From: Chloroflexota bacterium
Lineage (GTDB): Bacteria; Chloroflexota; UBA11872
Reading direction: 5' to 3'
Assembly: GCA_022826485.1 (NCBI GenBank)
Contig: JAJDUU010000021.1
Span: 65,558 to 129,557, forward strand
Length of the DNA stretch: 64,000 nt
In this document: positions 28,498-38,276 of the stretch, piece by piece
How the letters are laid out: each line of letters starts with the position of its first letter
Position numbering within the stretch: position 1 is the first letter of the stretch
Program-made: the position numbers and the translations under genes
The notes under the pieces: generated by a model
What the model was told of the DNA's origin: nothing
Seen by the model: the letters and a program-made list of their open reading frames with translations, nothing else
Databases searched by the model: none

Positions 28498-29201
28498 CGA
28501 ACCGGCAAGCGCGGGTGCTGCGCTTCTTCGGGGAGCCGCCCACCGGATGGCACGACCGGGAGGTCCTGGGCCGCATCATCGTGTTCGAAGGCCCCGACGG
28601 CGCCGGGCGATCGACCCATATCCGGCTCATCAAGGAGTGGCTGGAGGACATGGGGCTTCCCGCCGTGGATACCGGACTCACCCGCTCCAATCTTGCCGGG
28701 CGCGGCATCGACCGGGCCAAGACGGGGCACCGGTTGGACGCCGTGACGCTCAACCTGTTCTACGCCACCGACTTCTGCGACCGCCTGGAGCGGGTGATCC
28801 TGCCGTCAGCCCGCGCCGGAATGGTGGTGCTCGCCGACCGCTATTTCTATTCGCTCATCGCGCGGGCCTGTGTGCGGGACATGCCGCGTGAGTGGATGGA
28901 CGGGCTCTATTCGTTCGCCCCGATCCCCGACAAGGTGATTTATCTCGACGTTGATGTGGATCAGCTGCTACCGCGGGCGCTGCATGCCGGCAACATCGAC
29001 TATTGGGAATCGGGGCAGGACTTCCTGAAGGGAACCGATCCGCATTCGACCTATATCGAGTATCAGACGGACATGATCCGAGAGCTCCGCGAGTTGGCCG
29101 GCATCCATGACTTCGACGTCGTGGACGCGCGCGGACCCATCACGCAAACCTTCGAATCCATCCGCGGGCGCATTCAGGAAGTGATCGCCGACATCGCCTG
29201 A
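28494..29201 (+). CDS. Thymidylate-kinase-like protein, paralog B (degenerate Walker A: K->R)
   Basis: …IIVFEGPDGAGRSTH… (GxGRST instead of GxGKST) and …LADRYFYS…. There is a 4-nt ATGA overlap with paralog A. Confidence 0.6.
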   Translation: MTNRQARVLRFFGEPPTGWHDREVLGRIIVFEGPDGAGRSTHIRLIKEWLEDMGLPAVDTGLTRSNLAGRGIDRAKTGHRLDAVTLNLFYATDFCDRLERVILPSARAGMVVLADRYFYSLIARACVRDMPREWMDGLYSFAPIPDKVIYLDVDVDQLLPRALHAGNIDYWESGQDFLKGTDPHSTYIEYQTDMIRELRELAGIHDFDVVDARGPITQTFESIRGRIQEVIADIA

Positions 29202-29225
29202 GCCTGCGCCGCTTGGCAGCGACTC

Positions 29226-30323
29226 CTAGTCCCCGAGCTCCACGCCCGTGTCGCGCGCAGCGGCGATCCAATGATGGTCGAGCGGAACGGTCTTGCGCTC
29301 GCCGGCAACATCGCCAAGGTCGACCGGCCCGACCTTCCCGCCCAGGACGCCGATCATGCTGCCCGTGACACCGTCGGCCACGTAGCGCGCGCAGGCGGTT
29401 CCGAGATGGGTGGCCAACACACGGTCGAAGGGCGACGGCGTACCGCCGCGCTGCACGTGTCCCAGGATCGTCAGCCGCGATTCCAGACCGGTCAACTCCT
29501 CCAGCTGGCGGGCAACCTGCTGGGATTGGGCGCCAAGTGAATCGCCGTGCCCATTGCGTCGTCCGCCGGCTGCCTTGGCGTTGCCACGCTCGTTCCCCGA
29601 GGCGCCTTCGACGGGCCGCGCCCCCTCCGAAATCGCCACGATGCTGAATCCACGACCGCCCATGCTGCGGCGGCGGATCGCTTCCGCAACCGTCTCGATG
29701 TCATAGGGAATCTCGGGGATGAGGACGACGTCGGCGCCGGCGGCCAGACCCGCCCCGAGGGCAAGCCAGCCGGTGTTGTGACCCATCGTCTCGACCACGA
29801 TGATCCGATGATGGCTGTGCGCCGTGCTGTGCAGGCGGTCGATGGCCTCGGTGGCAATCGTCAGCGCCGTGTTGAACCCGATGCTCACGTCGGTGCCGGC
29901 AACGTCGTTGTCGATGGTCTTGGGCAGAGTGACGATCCGCAGACCTTTGCGAAGCAACCGGTAGGCGCTGGCCTGCGTGCCCCCGCCGCCCAGGCAGACG
30001 AGCGCATCCAAGCGGTGTTTCTCGAAGTTTTCGGCCATGATGTCGGTCATATCCGCCTTGCGCCCGGCCACCGGCATGCGATGCGGCTTGTCGCGACTTG
30101 CCCCCAGCATCGTGCCGCCGAGGGTCAGGATTCCCGACAGGTTGTCGTTGTTGAGCTCGATGAATCGGTTTTCCATGAGCCCGCGAAAGCCATCGCGGAA
30201 GCCGACCACACGCATGCCGAACTGTTGAATCGCGGTCTTGCCGACGCCGCGAATGGCCACGTTCAATCCCGGGCTGTCGCCGCCTGCCGTGAGGACCCCG
30301 ATGTTTCTCAACGACAGCTGCAC
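29226..30323 (-). CDS. pfk: 6-phosphofructokinase
   Basis: …[19 protein letters not shown]…, …GGGGTQ…, …[10 protein letters not shown]…, …MGHNTGWLA… and …HVQRGG… are all classic PFK-A family motifs. Confidence 0.85.
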   Translation of the reverse strand: MQLSLRNIGVLTAGGDSPGLNVAIRGVGKTAIQQFGMRVVGFRDGFRGLMENRFIELNNDNLSGILTLGGTMLGASRDKPHRMPVAGRKADMTDIMAENFEKHRLDALVCLGGGGTQASAYRLLRKGLRIVTLPKTIDNDVAGTDVSIGFNTALTIATEAIDRLHSTAHSHHRIIVVETMGHNTGWLALGAGLAAGADVVLIPEIPYDIETVAEAIRRRSMGGRGFSIVAISEGARPVEGASGNERGNAKAAGGRRNGHGDSLGAQSQQVARQLEELTGLESRLTILGHVQRGGTPSPFDRVLATHLGTACARYVADGVTGSMIGVLGGKVGPVDLGDVAGERKTVPLDHHWIAAARDTGVELGD

Positions 30324-30781
30324 GGCACTCCGCCCCTACCCATCGAGGCCCGTGGGGCTATCGACACCGCCCAAGGCCGTCGTCACGTCAATCAGATCGC
30401 CGTCGCGCTGGAGGCGGTGCGCCCATCTGCGGCGCCAGCGCTCGGCAGAGCGGCTCATCATCCGGTGCGCAGGCCCGTGGCGCGTCGCGGGGGCGGCATG
30501 ACGGCCGCCGACCGAGCGTCCCAGAGCATGGTTGGCCCTCCCTCTACGCGCCACCGTGCTGGAATGATACGCGCGGCGCGTGATCGTCGCTGGCGCCAGC
30601 GATCCCCTGGATATCGGTCGGCCGACGCACAGGTCGTTCCGGCCGCGATTGACGCCAAGCCTGGATGAGCTAAGCGCAACCTAAACACTCCTCATCGTTC
30701 GACAAGACTTGGCCCGTCCGACACTCGCCATACCCGCATTCGCTGCTATAACTCCAGCGAGAGCTTCAGGAATTCACCGCC

Positions 30782-31672
30782 ATGACTCAGTGCCATCGAC
30801 CTCCGCAGTTTTCCCTTGCGACGAGCATGTGGGGCGAAGTGCCAACGACAAGCCTCGCCGAGACTCTGTCGGATGTGACCGCAGCGAACTTTGAGGCGAT
30901 CGAGCTCTGGCCGCCGCTTTGTCCCCTGTTTTCCGACAAGATGCGCACCAACGCTCGAGAGGCGTTCGCGCGGACTAACGTTCGGCCGGACACGATGCAC
31001 GCGCCGCTCACGTCAACCGTGAAGCTCTCGGCGGTCGAGGAGCTCGACCGGCGCCTTGCGGTGTACGAGGTTGCCGCATGGCTGTCACCCTTTGCCGACC
31101 TCGGCGGCGACGTGGTGGTGATTCACCTGACGGGCGCCGACTTCAGCGACGAAGCGTCGCATGGCATCAACGTCGAAACGGCCGTCGATGCGGCCCGCCG
31201 GTCACTCGACGAGCTCTATACGATCGCCGATCGCCTGGGTCTGCGGATCGCCTGCGAAAACCTGATGGAGCGCGGCACACCGCGGCCGCTCTGTCGGATG
31301 GAGCAGTTGCGAGCGTTCGTCGACCCGTATCCCGCAACCGTCGGAATCTGCCTGGACACCGGACACGCGGTGGTCAACGGCCTCAATCCGGCGTCGGAGG
31401 CGCGCGCCGCGGGCGACCGGCTGATTGCGACGCACCTGCAGGACACCGATGGCATCGATGATCGGCATTGGGTGCCGGGCGCCGGGCGGATCAACTGGGA
31501 CGAGCTCGTGTCAGCCCTTCACGAGATTGACTACACCGGCAAGTGGACGTTCGAGCTGAGCGCGCGCGACAGCGATCCCGCATCCGTGGCAAGCGCCGCG
31601 ATGCAGGTGGCGTTGGTCTGGAGTGGTCAGGGAAGCGTGGATTCGGCGGATTTCAGCCGCCGAGCTGACTAG
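30782..31672 (+). CDS. Sugar phosphate isomerase/epimerase (xylose-isomerase-like TIM barrel)
   Basis: …FEAIELW…, …IACENLM… and …CLDTGHA… motifs. Confidence 0.6.
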   Translation: MTQCHRPPQFSLATSMWGEVPTTSLAETLSDVTAANFEAIELWPPLCPLFSDKMRTNAREAFARTNVRPDTMHAPLTSTVKLSAVEELDRRLAVYEVAAWLSPFADLGGDVVVIHLTGADFSDEASHGINVETAVDAARRSLDELYTIADRLGLRIACENLMERGTPRPLCRMEQLRAFVDPYPATVGICLDTGHAVVNGLNPASEARAAGDRLIATHLQDTDGIDDRHWVPGAGRINWDELVSALHEIDYTGKWTFELSARDSDPASVASAAMQVALVWSGQGSVDSADFSRRAD

Positions 31673-31804
31673 CACAGGCCGTCACGCCGGGCAATTCTGG
31701 ACCAGAAGGAATTCACAGCGGTATAGTCCGACGACAGGCGCCGGCAACACTGAGGTGGGTTTTTTGTCCCATCGGCAGGCCGGCCACATGGGGAGGGCAC
31801 ACGT

Positions 31805-33778
31805 ATGAGCCAACACTTACGCGCAGGCGTCTCGCGACGGCGCGTCCTCAAGGGCGCTGCCGCGGGACTGTTTGGCGCAGCCGGGGCAGCCGTGTTGGCG
31901 GCGTGCGGTGAAACGCAGGTCGTCACCAAGGAAGTCATCAAGGAAGTCCCGGTCGAGACGGTCGTGACCCGGGAAGTGGTCAAGGAAGTTCCGGTCGAGA
32001 CGGTCGTGACCAAGGAAGTCGTCAAGGAAGTCGCGGTCGAGAAGCTGGTGACCACCGAGGTCGTCAAGCAGGTCGAGGTCATCAAGGAAGTCCCGGTTGA
32101 GGTCGAGAAGGTCGTGACGAAGGAAGTCGAGGTCATCAAGGAAGTCACGGCCGAGATGATGATTCCTGAGGGTCCGATCAGCGGCGGCACGCTGAATCAC
32201 AGCGGCAGCGGCCCGAACCACCAGGACATCTTCAACCCGCTCAAGCAGGTCAGCAGCTCGCAGGCCTACATCACGGACTACGTGTTCATGCCCCTGTGGT
32301 ATGGCGACACGTGGGGCGCCGGTGACACGCCGGCCATGACGGGCGAGTGGGACAAGGGCGTGGCCAGCAGCTGGGACGAGGTCGAGCGGGCCCGCGTCTA
32401 CAACTTCCACCTCAACCCCGACGTCACCTGGCACGACCAGGTGCCGCTGACGGCGGACGACGTGCTGTTCGGCGCCAAGATGGGGCTGGACAAGAACTAC
32501 GGCTCGGGTCAGCACAAGAAGGCCTGGGGCCGGATCGAGGGCGCGGAAGCCTGGGGCGAGAACCCCACGGACAACGTGGAGGACGTTCCCGGCATCACCA
32601 AGCTGGACGAGATGACGGTGCAGATCGCGATCGATCGGCCCGACTCCGCCTGGTGGGCGAGCCGCGACTGGCACCTCCCGCCGATGGCCCGGCACCACTA
32701 CGAGGGTCTTGACCCGGCGACGGCAATCCAGACCCGGGCGCTGAACCCGCTGGGCAACGGCCCGATGATTTGGGAGCGCTACGTCACCCAGCAGTTCGCC
32801 GACATGACGGCGCACAAGGCCTTCGCGTACGGCGCGCCGTACGTCGATGACTACGTCGTCCGCTACGGTGAGCGAAACGCGCTGGACGCGGCCATGGAGG
32901 CCGGCGAGCAGGACTTCCACCGCGCCAGCAACATCGAGGCCTTCCAGCGACTCGCGAGCCTTGGACACCTGCGGCCATTCCCGCAGCGCTCGCCGTTCGG
33001 CGGGCACGTGTTCTTGAACCAGTCCGCCGAGATCTTCTCCGACATGACCCTCGAGCAGCAGTCGCTGATGATCGAGGCCATGGTGCGGGCAGTGGACCGG
33101 GACACGATCAACAACGAGCTCCACGCGGGCACGCTGTTCATCTCGGACTACATCTTCGAGCACGTGGCGCTGATGCAGGACCCGCCGGAAGGCACCTTCC
33201 GCGCCATGCCTTACGACCCGGACGCGGCGCGCGCCCTGGTCGAGGAGGCCCAGTGGGACTCCGAGAAGGAGATCCAGTGGATCAAGTGGGGGCCACCGAC
33301 GCCGACGGACCTGGCGCTCAAGAACTACTGGGAGCAGGTGGGCATCAAGGTTGAGTTCTTCCTGGTCGACGGCTCAGCGGTGATCGAGAAGCTGTACCAG
33401 GAGCGGGTCCACGACCTGGTCCTCGCCAACATGGGCGGCGACCAGGCCGTGGTGGATGCGTGTCTGCGCGTCTGCAGCGACCGGGTCTACGAGCTCGGCG
33501 GCTGGAACCACTCGAACATCAACCGCCCGTGGATCGACGAGGCCTACGCCGACATGTTCGCGGCGGAGGACAACGAGGCGCTGCGCGAGCGATGGATCGA
33601 ATTCGCCACGCGACTCCACTCCAAGGGCAACATGGTGGCCGGGCTGCTGTGGCGCGGTTCGCTGCGGAACCTGTATCACAGGCGTCTGCAGGGGGCGTTC
33701 TACATGCAGTTCTACGCCATGCCGGTGCACTCGCCGATCGAGCGGGTGTGGCTGGACGAGTACTGGGACGAGCGGTAG
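31805..33778 (+). CDS. ABC transporter substrate-binding lipoprotein, family 5 (peptide/oligosaccharide type), with repetitive linker
   Basis: Tat motif SRRRVLKGAAAGLFGAAGAAVLAAC plus lipobox Cys. A ~75-aa KEVPVETVVT repeat linker precedes an SBP_bac_5-like body. There is an RBS GGAGG about 10 nt upstream of ATG 31805. Confidence 0.8.
   Translation: MSQHLRAGVSRRRVLKGAAAGLFGAAGAAVLAACGETQVVTKEVIKEVPVETVVTREVVKEVPVETVVTKEVVKEVAVEKLVTTEVVKQVEVIKEVPVEVEKVVTKEVEVIKEVTAEMMIPEGPISGGTLNHSGSGPNHQDIFNPLKQVSSSQAYITDYVFMPLWYGDTWGAGDTPAMTGEWDKGVASSWDEVERARVYNFHLNPDVTWHDQVPLTADDVLFGAKMGLDKNYGSGQHKKAWGRIEGAEAWGENPTDNVEDVPGITKLDEMTVQIAIDRPDSAWWASRDWHLPPMARHHYEGLDPATAIQTRALNPLGNGPMIWERYVTQQFADMTAHKAFAYGAPYVDDYVVRYGERNALDAAMEAGEQDFHRASNIEAFQRLASLGHLRPFPQRSPFGGHVFLNQSAEIFSDMTLEQQSLMIEAMVRAVDRDTINNELHAGTLFISDYIFEHVALMQDPPEGTFRAMPYDPDAARALVEEAQWDSEKEIQWIKWGPPTPTDLALKNYWEQVGIKVEFFLVDGSAVIEKLYQERVHDLVLANMGGDQAVVDACLRVCSDRVYELGGWNHSNINRPWIDEAYADMFAAEDNEALRERWIEFATRLHSKGNMVAGLLWRGSLRNLYHRRLQGAFYMQFYAMPVHSPIERVWLDEYWDER
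31915..32150 (+). repeat. In-frame tandem coding repeats encoding (K/R)EV(P)VE(T)VVT linker in SBP1
   Basis: DNA unit ~gtcaaggaagtcccggtcgagacggtcgtgaccaaggaagtc repeated with variants. The protein reads VVTKEVIKEVPVETVVTREVVKEVPVETVVTKEVVKEVAVEKLVTTEVVKQVEVIKEVPVEVEKVVTKEVEVIKEV. Confidence 0.8.
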
Positions 33779-33824
33779 CGCCCAGCGCGATGCCGCTGCC
33801 CTGAGCAGCGGCACCCGCGGAGTT

Positions 33825-33860
33825 CGAAGGGCCGGCGGTCGAATGACCGCCGGCCCTTCG
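33825..33860 (+). terminator. Intrinsic-terminator-like hairpin after SBP1 (14-bp perfect stem, 8-nt loop; no U-tract)
   Basis: cgaagggccggcgg-tcgaatga-ccgccggcccttcg. There is a second 8-bp stem hairpin at ~33792-33815. Confidence 0.5.
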
Positions 33861-34228
33861 GCGTTGCGCCGTCTCCGCGGTGAGCCGCGGCGGTTCAGCC
33901 GTTAGGCACTGTTGACGAGTTTCCGCTTTCTAAACTACTTTGCCCCAAAGTGCGGGCTGACGTTGGGCGGATCGATGCCGAATTCAGGCATTCCAACGGA
34001 CAACTGGGACCGCACGCGGCCTGCGCCGCGAGGCCGACGAGCCATTAGGCCGGGCCAGCCGGACAAGCCCTACTTCAACGTTCTTCCGGCCGCCCACTCC
34101 TCCACAGCACACCGTTCCGCGGTCTATCGCCGTCTGACTGAAGGGAGGAGGTCCAGACCCAAACGCGGATAGCCGCTGGAGCCGTGGTCGGACACTGAAT
34201 CTGTCGCACTGTGCAAACACGAGAGGGA

Positions 34229-36292
34229 ATGCCGATGCTTGACGTTGGTAAGCGAATGATGACCCGCCGAAACCTGATTCGGGGAGCGAGCGCCGGCCTC
34301 TTTGGGGCAGCGGGCGCGGCCGTGCTCGCCGCGTGCGGCGAGGCGCAGGTCGTCGAGCGGGTCGTCACGCAGGAAGTGATCAAAGAGGTTCCGGTCGAGA
34401 CCATCGTGACCAAGGAAGTGGTCAAGGAGGTCCCGGTCGAGTCGGTGGTGACCAAGGAGGTCGTCAAGGAAGTCCCGGTCGAAAAGATCGTGACCCAGCA
34501 GGTCGTCCAACAGGTCGTCAAGGAAGTCCCGGTCACGATCGAGAAGGTGGTTGAGGTCGAGAAGGTCGTCACGGTCGAGGTCGAGAAGGTGATCGAAGTC
34601 GAGAAGGTCGTGACCGTCGAGGTCGAGAAGGTCATCGAGACAGAGAAGATCGTCGAGCGGCCCACGTCCGTGCAGGCCGGTCAGCCGGTCTACGGCGGGG
34701 ACCTGAGGGTCAGCTGGGGCGGCGGGATCGCCGGCGCGAGCTTCAACAGCTACACGCAAATCTCCAGCGACCAGGCCATCGTCAACGTGGAGGTCGGCAC
34801 TTCGCTGATCCACGGCGCCAGTTGGGGCGACGGCCCGTTCGCGTCGCTTGAAACCCGCTTCGGCGACGGCGTGGCCAAGTCCTTCGAAGAGGTGGCGCCG
34901 GAAGAGTCCTATATCTTCCACCTCGACGAGCGCTTCACCTTCCACGACGGCGCGCCGGTGACGGCGGACGACTTCATGTACACGTTCCACATCGTGACGC
35001 ACCCGGACTGGGGCGTGGGATATGGCTCCCGGCAGCTCGAACAGCTGAAGGGATTCAAGGCGTGGGCTGAGAACCCGACGGACAACATCGAAGACACCGG
35101 CGGGGTGAAGAAGATCGACAACATGACGATCCAGCTCACCACCGACGGCGTGCAGGAGCCCTTCTGGGCGAGCCCGAACCCCATGCAGCCCATGCCCAAG
35201 CACATCTATGAGACGCTGGACCCAGCCACGGCGTTCGACACGATGGCGCTGCAACCGGTCGGCAATGGGCCGTTCAAGTTCGAGCGCTACGTCGACCAGC
35301 AGTTCGCCGAGCTGAGCCGCAACGACGCCTATCCCTACGGTGCGCCGTGGGTGGACCGCTACATCGTGCGCTATGGCGACCCGGACGCGCTCGACGCCGC
35401 GACGGAGGCGGGCGAGCTCGACTTCCTGCGCACCAGCAGCGTCGAGGCCTATGCGCGCCTGGCCGGCATGCCGCACATGCAGGCACAGCCCATGCGATCG
35501 CCGTTTGCGAGCTTGATCTTCCTCAACCACAACATCTTTGCGGAGAAGTGGCCGGACGTGAACGTCTCGCTGATGACCGAGGCGATGGTTATCGGGGCCG
35601 ACCGTGTGTCGATCGCCAACAACATCATGGCCGGCACGCTGTTTGTGGATGACTACCACTTCAGCCATATCCGGTTCATGCAGGACGTGCCGATGGACGC
35701 CTATCGGCCGCTGCCTTACAACCCGGAAGCGGCCAAGGCCCTGCTCGAGGAGTCCGGCTGGAACCCCGACGACACGCTCACATGGCTCGGGTGGTTCGCG
35801 CCGCGTCCGCAAGACCTCGCGCTGATGGCGAACTGGCTCGACATGGGCCTGAAGGTGGAGTTCGAAAGAGTCGACCGTGCCGTGGTGGTCGAGCACCTGT
35901 GGGAGACCGGCGCCAACGAAATGGTGGTGGCCAACCTGGGCGGCTCGCAGGACGTGGGTGACGCGTTCCGGCGGATCGGATGCGACAACATCTGGCCCAA
36001 CGGCTACAACTACCACCACACCTGCTTCCCGGAGATCGACGCGCTCTATCAGGCGGCGTTCGACGCGCCGAATAAGGAGGCGCTGAAGGAGGCCTGGATC
36101 GAGATCTCCCGCTACCTGCATGGTCGCGGGACCATGATCGCCGGGCAGCTGTGGAAGCACTCGCTGCTGTTCCTCTACCACCGACGCGTGAGCGGACCGT
36201 GGTGGATGAACAACTACGCGATTCCGGCGCGCAGGCCCACCCACCGCGTGTGGCTTGACCCGCGCTGGTCCGGTAGGGACTACGTCGGGTAG
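34229..36292 (+). CDS. ABC transporter substrate-binding lipoprotein, family 5, paralog of 31805..33778, with longer repetitive linker
   Basis: MPMLDVGKRMMTRRNLIRGASAGLFGAAGAAVLAAC, then a ~105-aa KEVPVE/VEVEKV repeat linker and an SBP body colinear with SBP1 (…NPTDN[VI]ED…, …L[NQ]P[LV]GNGP…, …YG[AP][PW]VD[DR]Y[VI]VRYG…). The RBS is gagaggg before ATG 34229. Confidence 0.8.
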   Translation: MPMLDVGKRMMTRRNLIRGASAGLFGAAGAAVLAACGEAQVVERVVTQEVIKEVPVETIVTKEVVKEVPVESVVTKEVVKEVPVEKIVTQQVVQQVVKEVPVTIEKVVEVEKVVTVEVEKVIEVEKVVTVEVEKVIETEKIVERPTSVQAGQPVYGGDLRVSWGGGIAGASFNSYTQISSDQAIVNVEVGTSLIHGASWGDGPFASLETRFGDGVAKSFEEVAPEESYIFHLDERFTFHDGAPVTADDFMYTFHIVTHPDWGVGYGSRQLEQLKGFKAWAENPTDNIEDTGGVKKIDNMTIQLTTDGVQEPFWASPNPMQPMPKHIYETLDPATAFDTMALQPVGNGPFKFERYVDQQFAELSRNDAYPYGAPWVDRYIVRYGDPDALDAATEAGELDFLRTSSVEAYARLAGMPHMQAQPMRSPFASLIFLNHNIFAEKWPDVNVSLMTEAMVIGADRVSIANNIMAGTLFVDDYHFSHIRFMQDVPMDAYRPLPYNPEAAKALLEESGWNPDDTLTWLGWFAPRPQDLALMANWLDMGLKVEFERVDRAVVVEHLWETGANEMVVANLGGSQDVGDAFRRIGCDNIWPNGYNYHHTCFPEIDALYQAAFDAPNKEALKEAWIEISRYLHGRGTMIAGQLWKHSLLFLYHRRVSGPWWMNNYAIPARRPTHRVWLDPRWSGRDYVG
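34340..34665 (+). repeat. In-frame tandem coding repeats encoding KEVPVE.VVT / VEVEKV linker in SBP2
   Basis: VVTQEVIKEVPVETIVTKEVVKEVPVESVVTKEVVKEVPVEKIVTQQVVQQVVKEVPVTIEKVVEVEKVVTVEVEKVIEVEKVVTVEVEKVIETEKIV. Confidence 0.8.
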
Positions 36293-36332
36293 GCCCTGGC
36301 GAGCGCCCCGGCTAGCGGGTCGCTCACCAACG

Positions 36333-36363
36333 CAAGCGGCGGGGGTGAATCACCCCCGCCGCT
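36333..36363. terminator. Bidirectional terminator-like hairpin between convergent SBP2 and sialidase-like genes (12-bp stem)
   Basis: aagcggcggggg-tgaatca-cccccgccgctt, read directly. Confidence 0.45.
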
Positions 36364-36387
36364 TCGCGATTGGGCTTCGCGAGGAAG

Positions 36388-37995
36388 TTAGTCCTCGACG
36401 ACCGCCTCCAGCCGGCGAACCAAAGTCGCACCGCTCTCCGCGTCAGAGGTGCGCCCGTAGAACGTGAGATAGCAGATTCCCAGCGGGGCGTGCTCAATTG
36501 GAACGCGACGCTGCCGATCCCCAACGCTAACGTCGGCCGCCTGCTCGGCGACGTTCCAGGAGACCGTTACGGGCACCCATGCACCCGCGGGCACGAGGTC
36601 CGCGTCCAGGCCGATGTCTATGGCCCCGTTCCGCCGGCGGTCCCTGGGGTCCCAATAGGTCTCGTCGAGCACCAGGTCCACGCCCGACGAGGACTCGTCG
36701 CGCCGCAGCTGGAAGCTCAGCCTGCCGCGCTCGGCGAAGGGGAAGTTGCGCTCGGCCCCGAACAGGTCCTCGCCATCGCTCTGCAGGCGCAGCGCATGTT
36801 CCTCGTCGAGCAGCACCGTCTGCACGGCCGTCGCGCCGCTGAACGACCAGCCCGCCAGTCCGTTGACAAAGTCCTCGCGATCGCTGGTCTCGTCCAGGCG
36901 ATTGGGATCGACATAGACGTACTGGCAGTCTGCCCGCTCGCCGCCCGAATGGTGGCCGAACTGCACCAGGACGTCGCCTTCGGGCAGCTCCGCAAACCGC
37001 GGATAGCCAACCCGGGCGCCGTCGGGCTCGTGCCCGATCGTCCGCACGATCTCACGATAGCCGCGCCACGTGGCGCCGTTGTCGTGCGAAACCGCGACGT
37101 TGAAGACGTGGCGGCACCAAGACTCGGTGGGATAGTCGGCCCACTCCGAGAGCATGTCGGAGGCGAAGGGCGGTCCGATCCCGTTCGTCCACACGAACAG
37201 CAACCGCCCGTCACGCAGCCGCAGCGCCTCGCCGGGGGAGCTTGAAGACTTGAAGCGGCTGGGCTGCGAGGGGGACCAGATGCGCCCGTCTTCGGAAAAC
37301 GACTCGTAGAAACACCCGAGCTGCGTGCGAATCAGCATCCACACGCGACCACCATCGAGCTCGGCCACCACCGGTTCAACGGCGCCGGAGTGGCTGTGCT
37401 GCCCGCCTGAAGCGACCGGAAGATGGGTGGAGTCGTGCCCCCAGGTGCGCCCGCCGTCGTCGGAGTAGCACGACTTGGAGACGTATTTCCCCACGGCGCG
37501 TTCGACGTCGAAGTACTCCAGCGGAAGCACGATGCGGCCATTGGCGAGGTGCGCCACATTCATGATCGCCGCGGTGAACTCCTCGCCGTAGTCGAGTCGC
37601 ACCGGGCCTTCCCACGTGGCGCCGCCATCGCGGGACACGACGTGGTACACGTCCGTGCGCTGCTCGTGGAGCTTTGGATCCTCACGATCCTCAGGCCACT
37701 TCAAGAACCGCATGCCGAAGAGGTGAATGTCACCTTGACGGTCGACGAAGTTGATGCAGCCTTCCCAGCAGCCCAGGCCCATGGGAAGCTCCATGATCAC
37801 CTGGCGGCTCTCCCACTCGATGGGTCGTCCGCGCCCGTACTTGACGGTGAGGTATTCGGGAACCCACGGGTCGTCGAAGGCGCCGGATTCGAGCGAGTGA
37901 TGCAGCACCTTGCCCCGCGTGGACGCACTCATGTAGCGGCCATCCGGGAGGACGCTGATCTGTCCAGGCGTTGGGTGACGGTCGGCGAGGATCAT
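36388..37995 (-). CDS. BNR-repeat glycoside hydrolase (exo-alpha-sialidase-like)
   Basis: Three S-x-D-x-G-x-T-W BNR motifs (SRDGGATW, SDDGGRTW, SHDNGATW). The start is ATG 37995 or TTG 38022. No signal peptide is seen. Confidence 0.7.
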   Translation of the reverse strand: MILADRHPTPGQISVLPDGRYMSASTRGKVLHHSLESGAFDDPWVPEYLTVKYGRGRPIEWESRQVIMELPMGLGCWEGCINFVDRQGDIHLFGMRFLKWPEDREDPKLHEQRTDVYHVVSRDGGATWEGPVRLDYGEEFTAAIMNVAHLANGRIVLPLEYFDVERAVGKYVSKSCYSDDGGRTWGHDSTHLPVASGGQHSHSGAVEPVVAELDGGRVWMLIRTQLGCFYESFSEDGRIWSPSQPSRFKSSSSPGEALRLRDGRLLFVWTNGIGPPFASDMLSEWADYPTESWCRHVFNVAVSHDNGATWRGYREIVRTIGHEPDGARVGYPRFAELPEGDVLVQFGHHSGGERADCQYVYVDPNRLDETSDREDFVNGLAGWSFSGATAVQTVLLDEEHALRLQSDGEDLFGAERNFPFAERGRLSFQLRRDESSSGVDLVLDETYWDPRDRRRNGAIDIGLDADLVPAGAWVPVTVSWNVAEQAADVSVGDRQRRVPIEHAPLGICYLTFYGRTSDAESGATLVRRLEAVVED

Positions 37996-38276
37996 CGGGA
38001 ACCCCCAGGTCCCGCCCGGCAATCGGACTTCATGCTCCGGATATCAAAGTTCGCTGCCATCACGGGATCCCTCGCCTTCCTGTATCTGGGACGAGTTTGC
38101 GGGCCACAACCCCAATGTCGCGACACTCCAGATTCAGCCGCGTGGCAGGTTCCGTCAAGCGCGTACGCTCGTGCTCCCGAACTCGGGTCATCTGCCAGAT
38201 GAGACGGCCGCGCGTGGAAGCTTGGAAGAGTGCGCGGTCTCCCGTTTGAACTCAAGGGCGATGCACAGAAATAATC

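Noticed and set aside
30336-30554. 72-aa ORF immediately upstream of pfk on the same strand
   Set aside because: Arg-rich low-complexity translation with no RBS and no recognisable family. It is probably promoter or leader sequence in the pfk/sugar-isomerase divergent region.
31915-34665. Regular ~30-45-bp DNA repeats that might suggest a CRISPR array
   Set aside because: The repeats are in-frame within SBP genes and encode the KEVPVETVVT linker. There are no unique spacers of constant length, and no cas genes are nearby.
31817-36244. Long minus-strand ORFs (31817..33163, 34124..36244) opposite the SBP genes
   Set aside because: Shadow ORFs. The SBP genes have Tat/lipobox signals, RBSs and paralogous colinearity.
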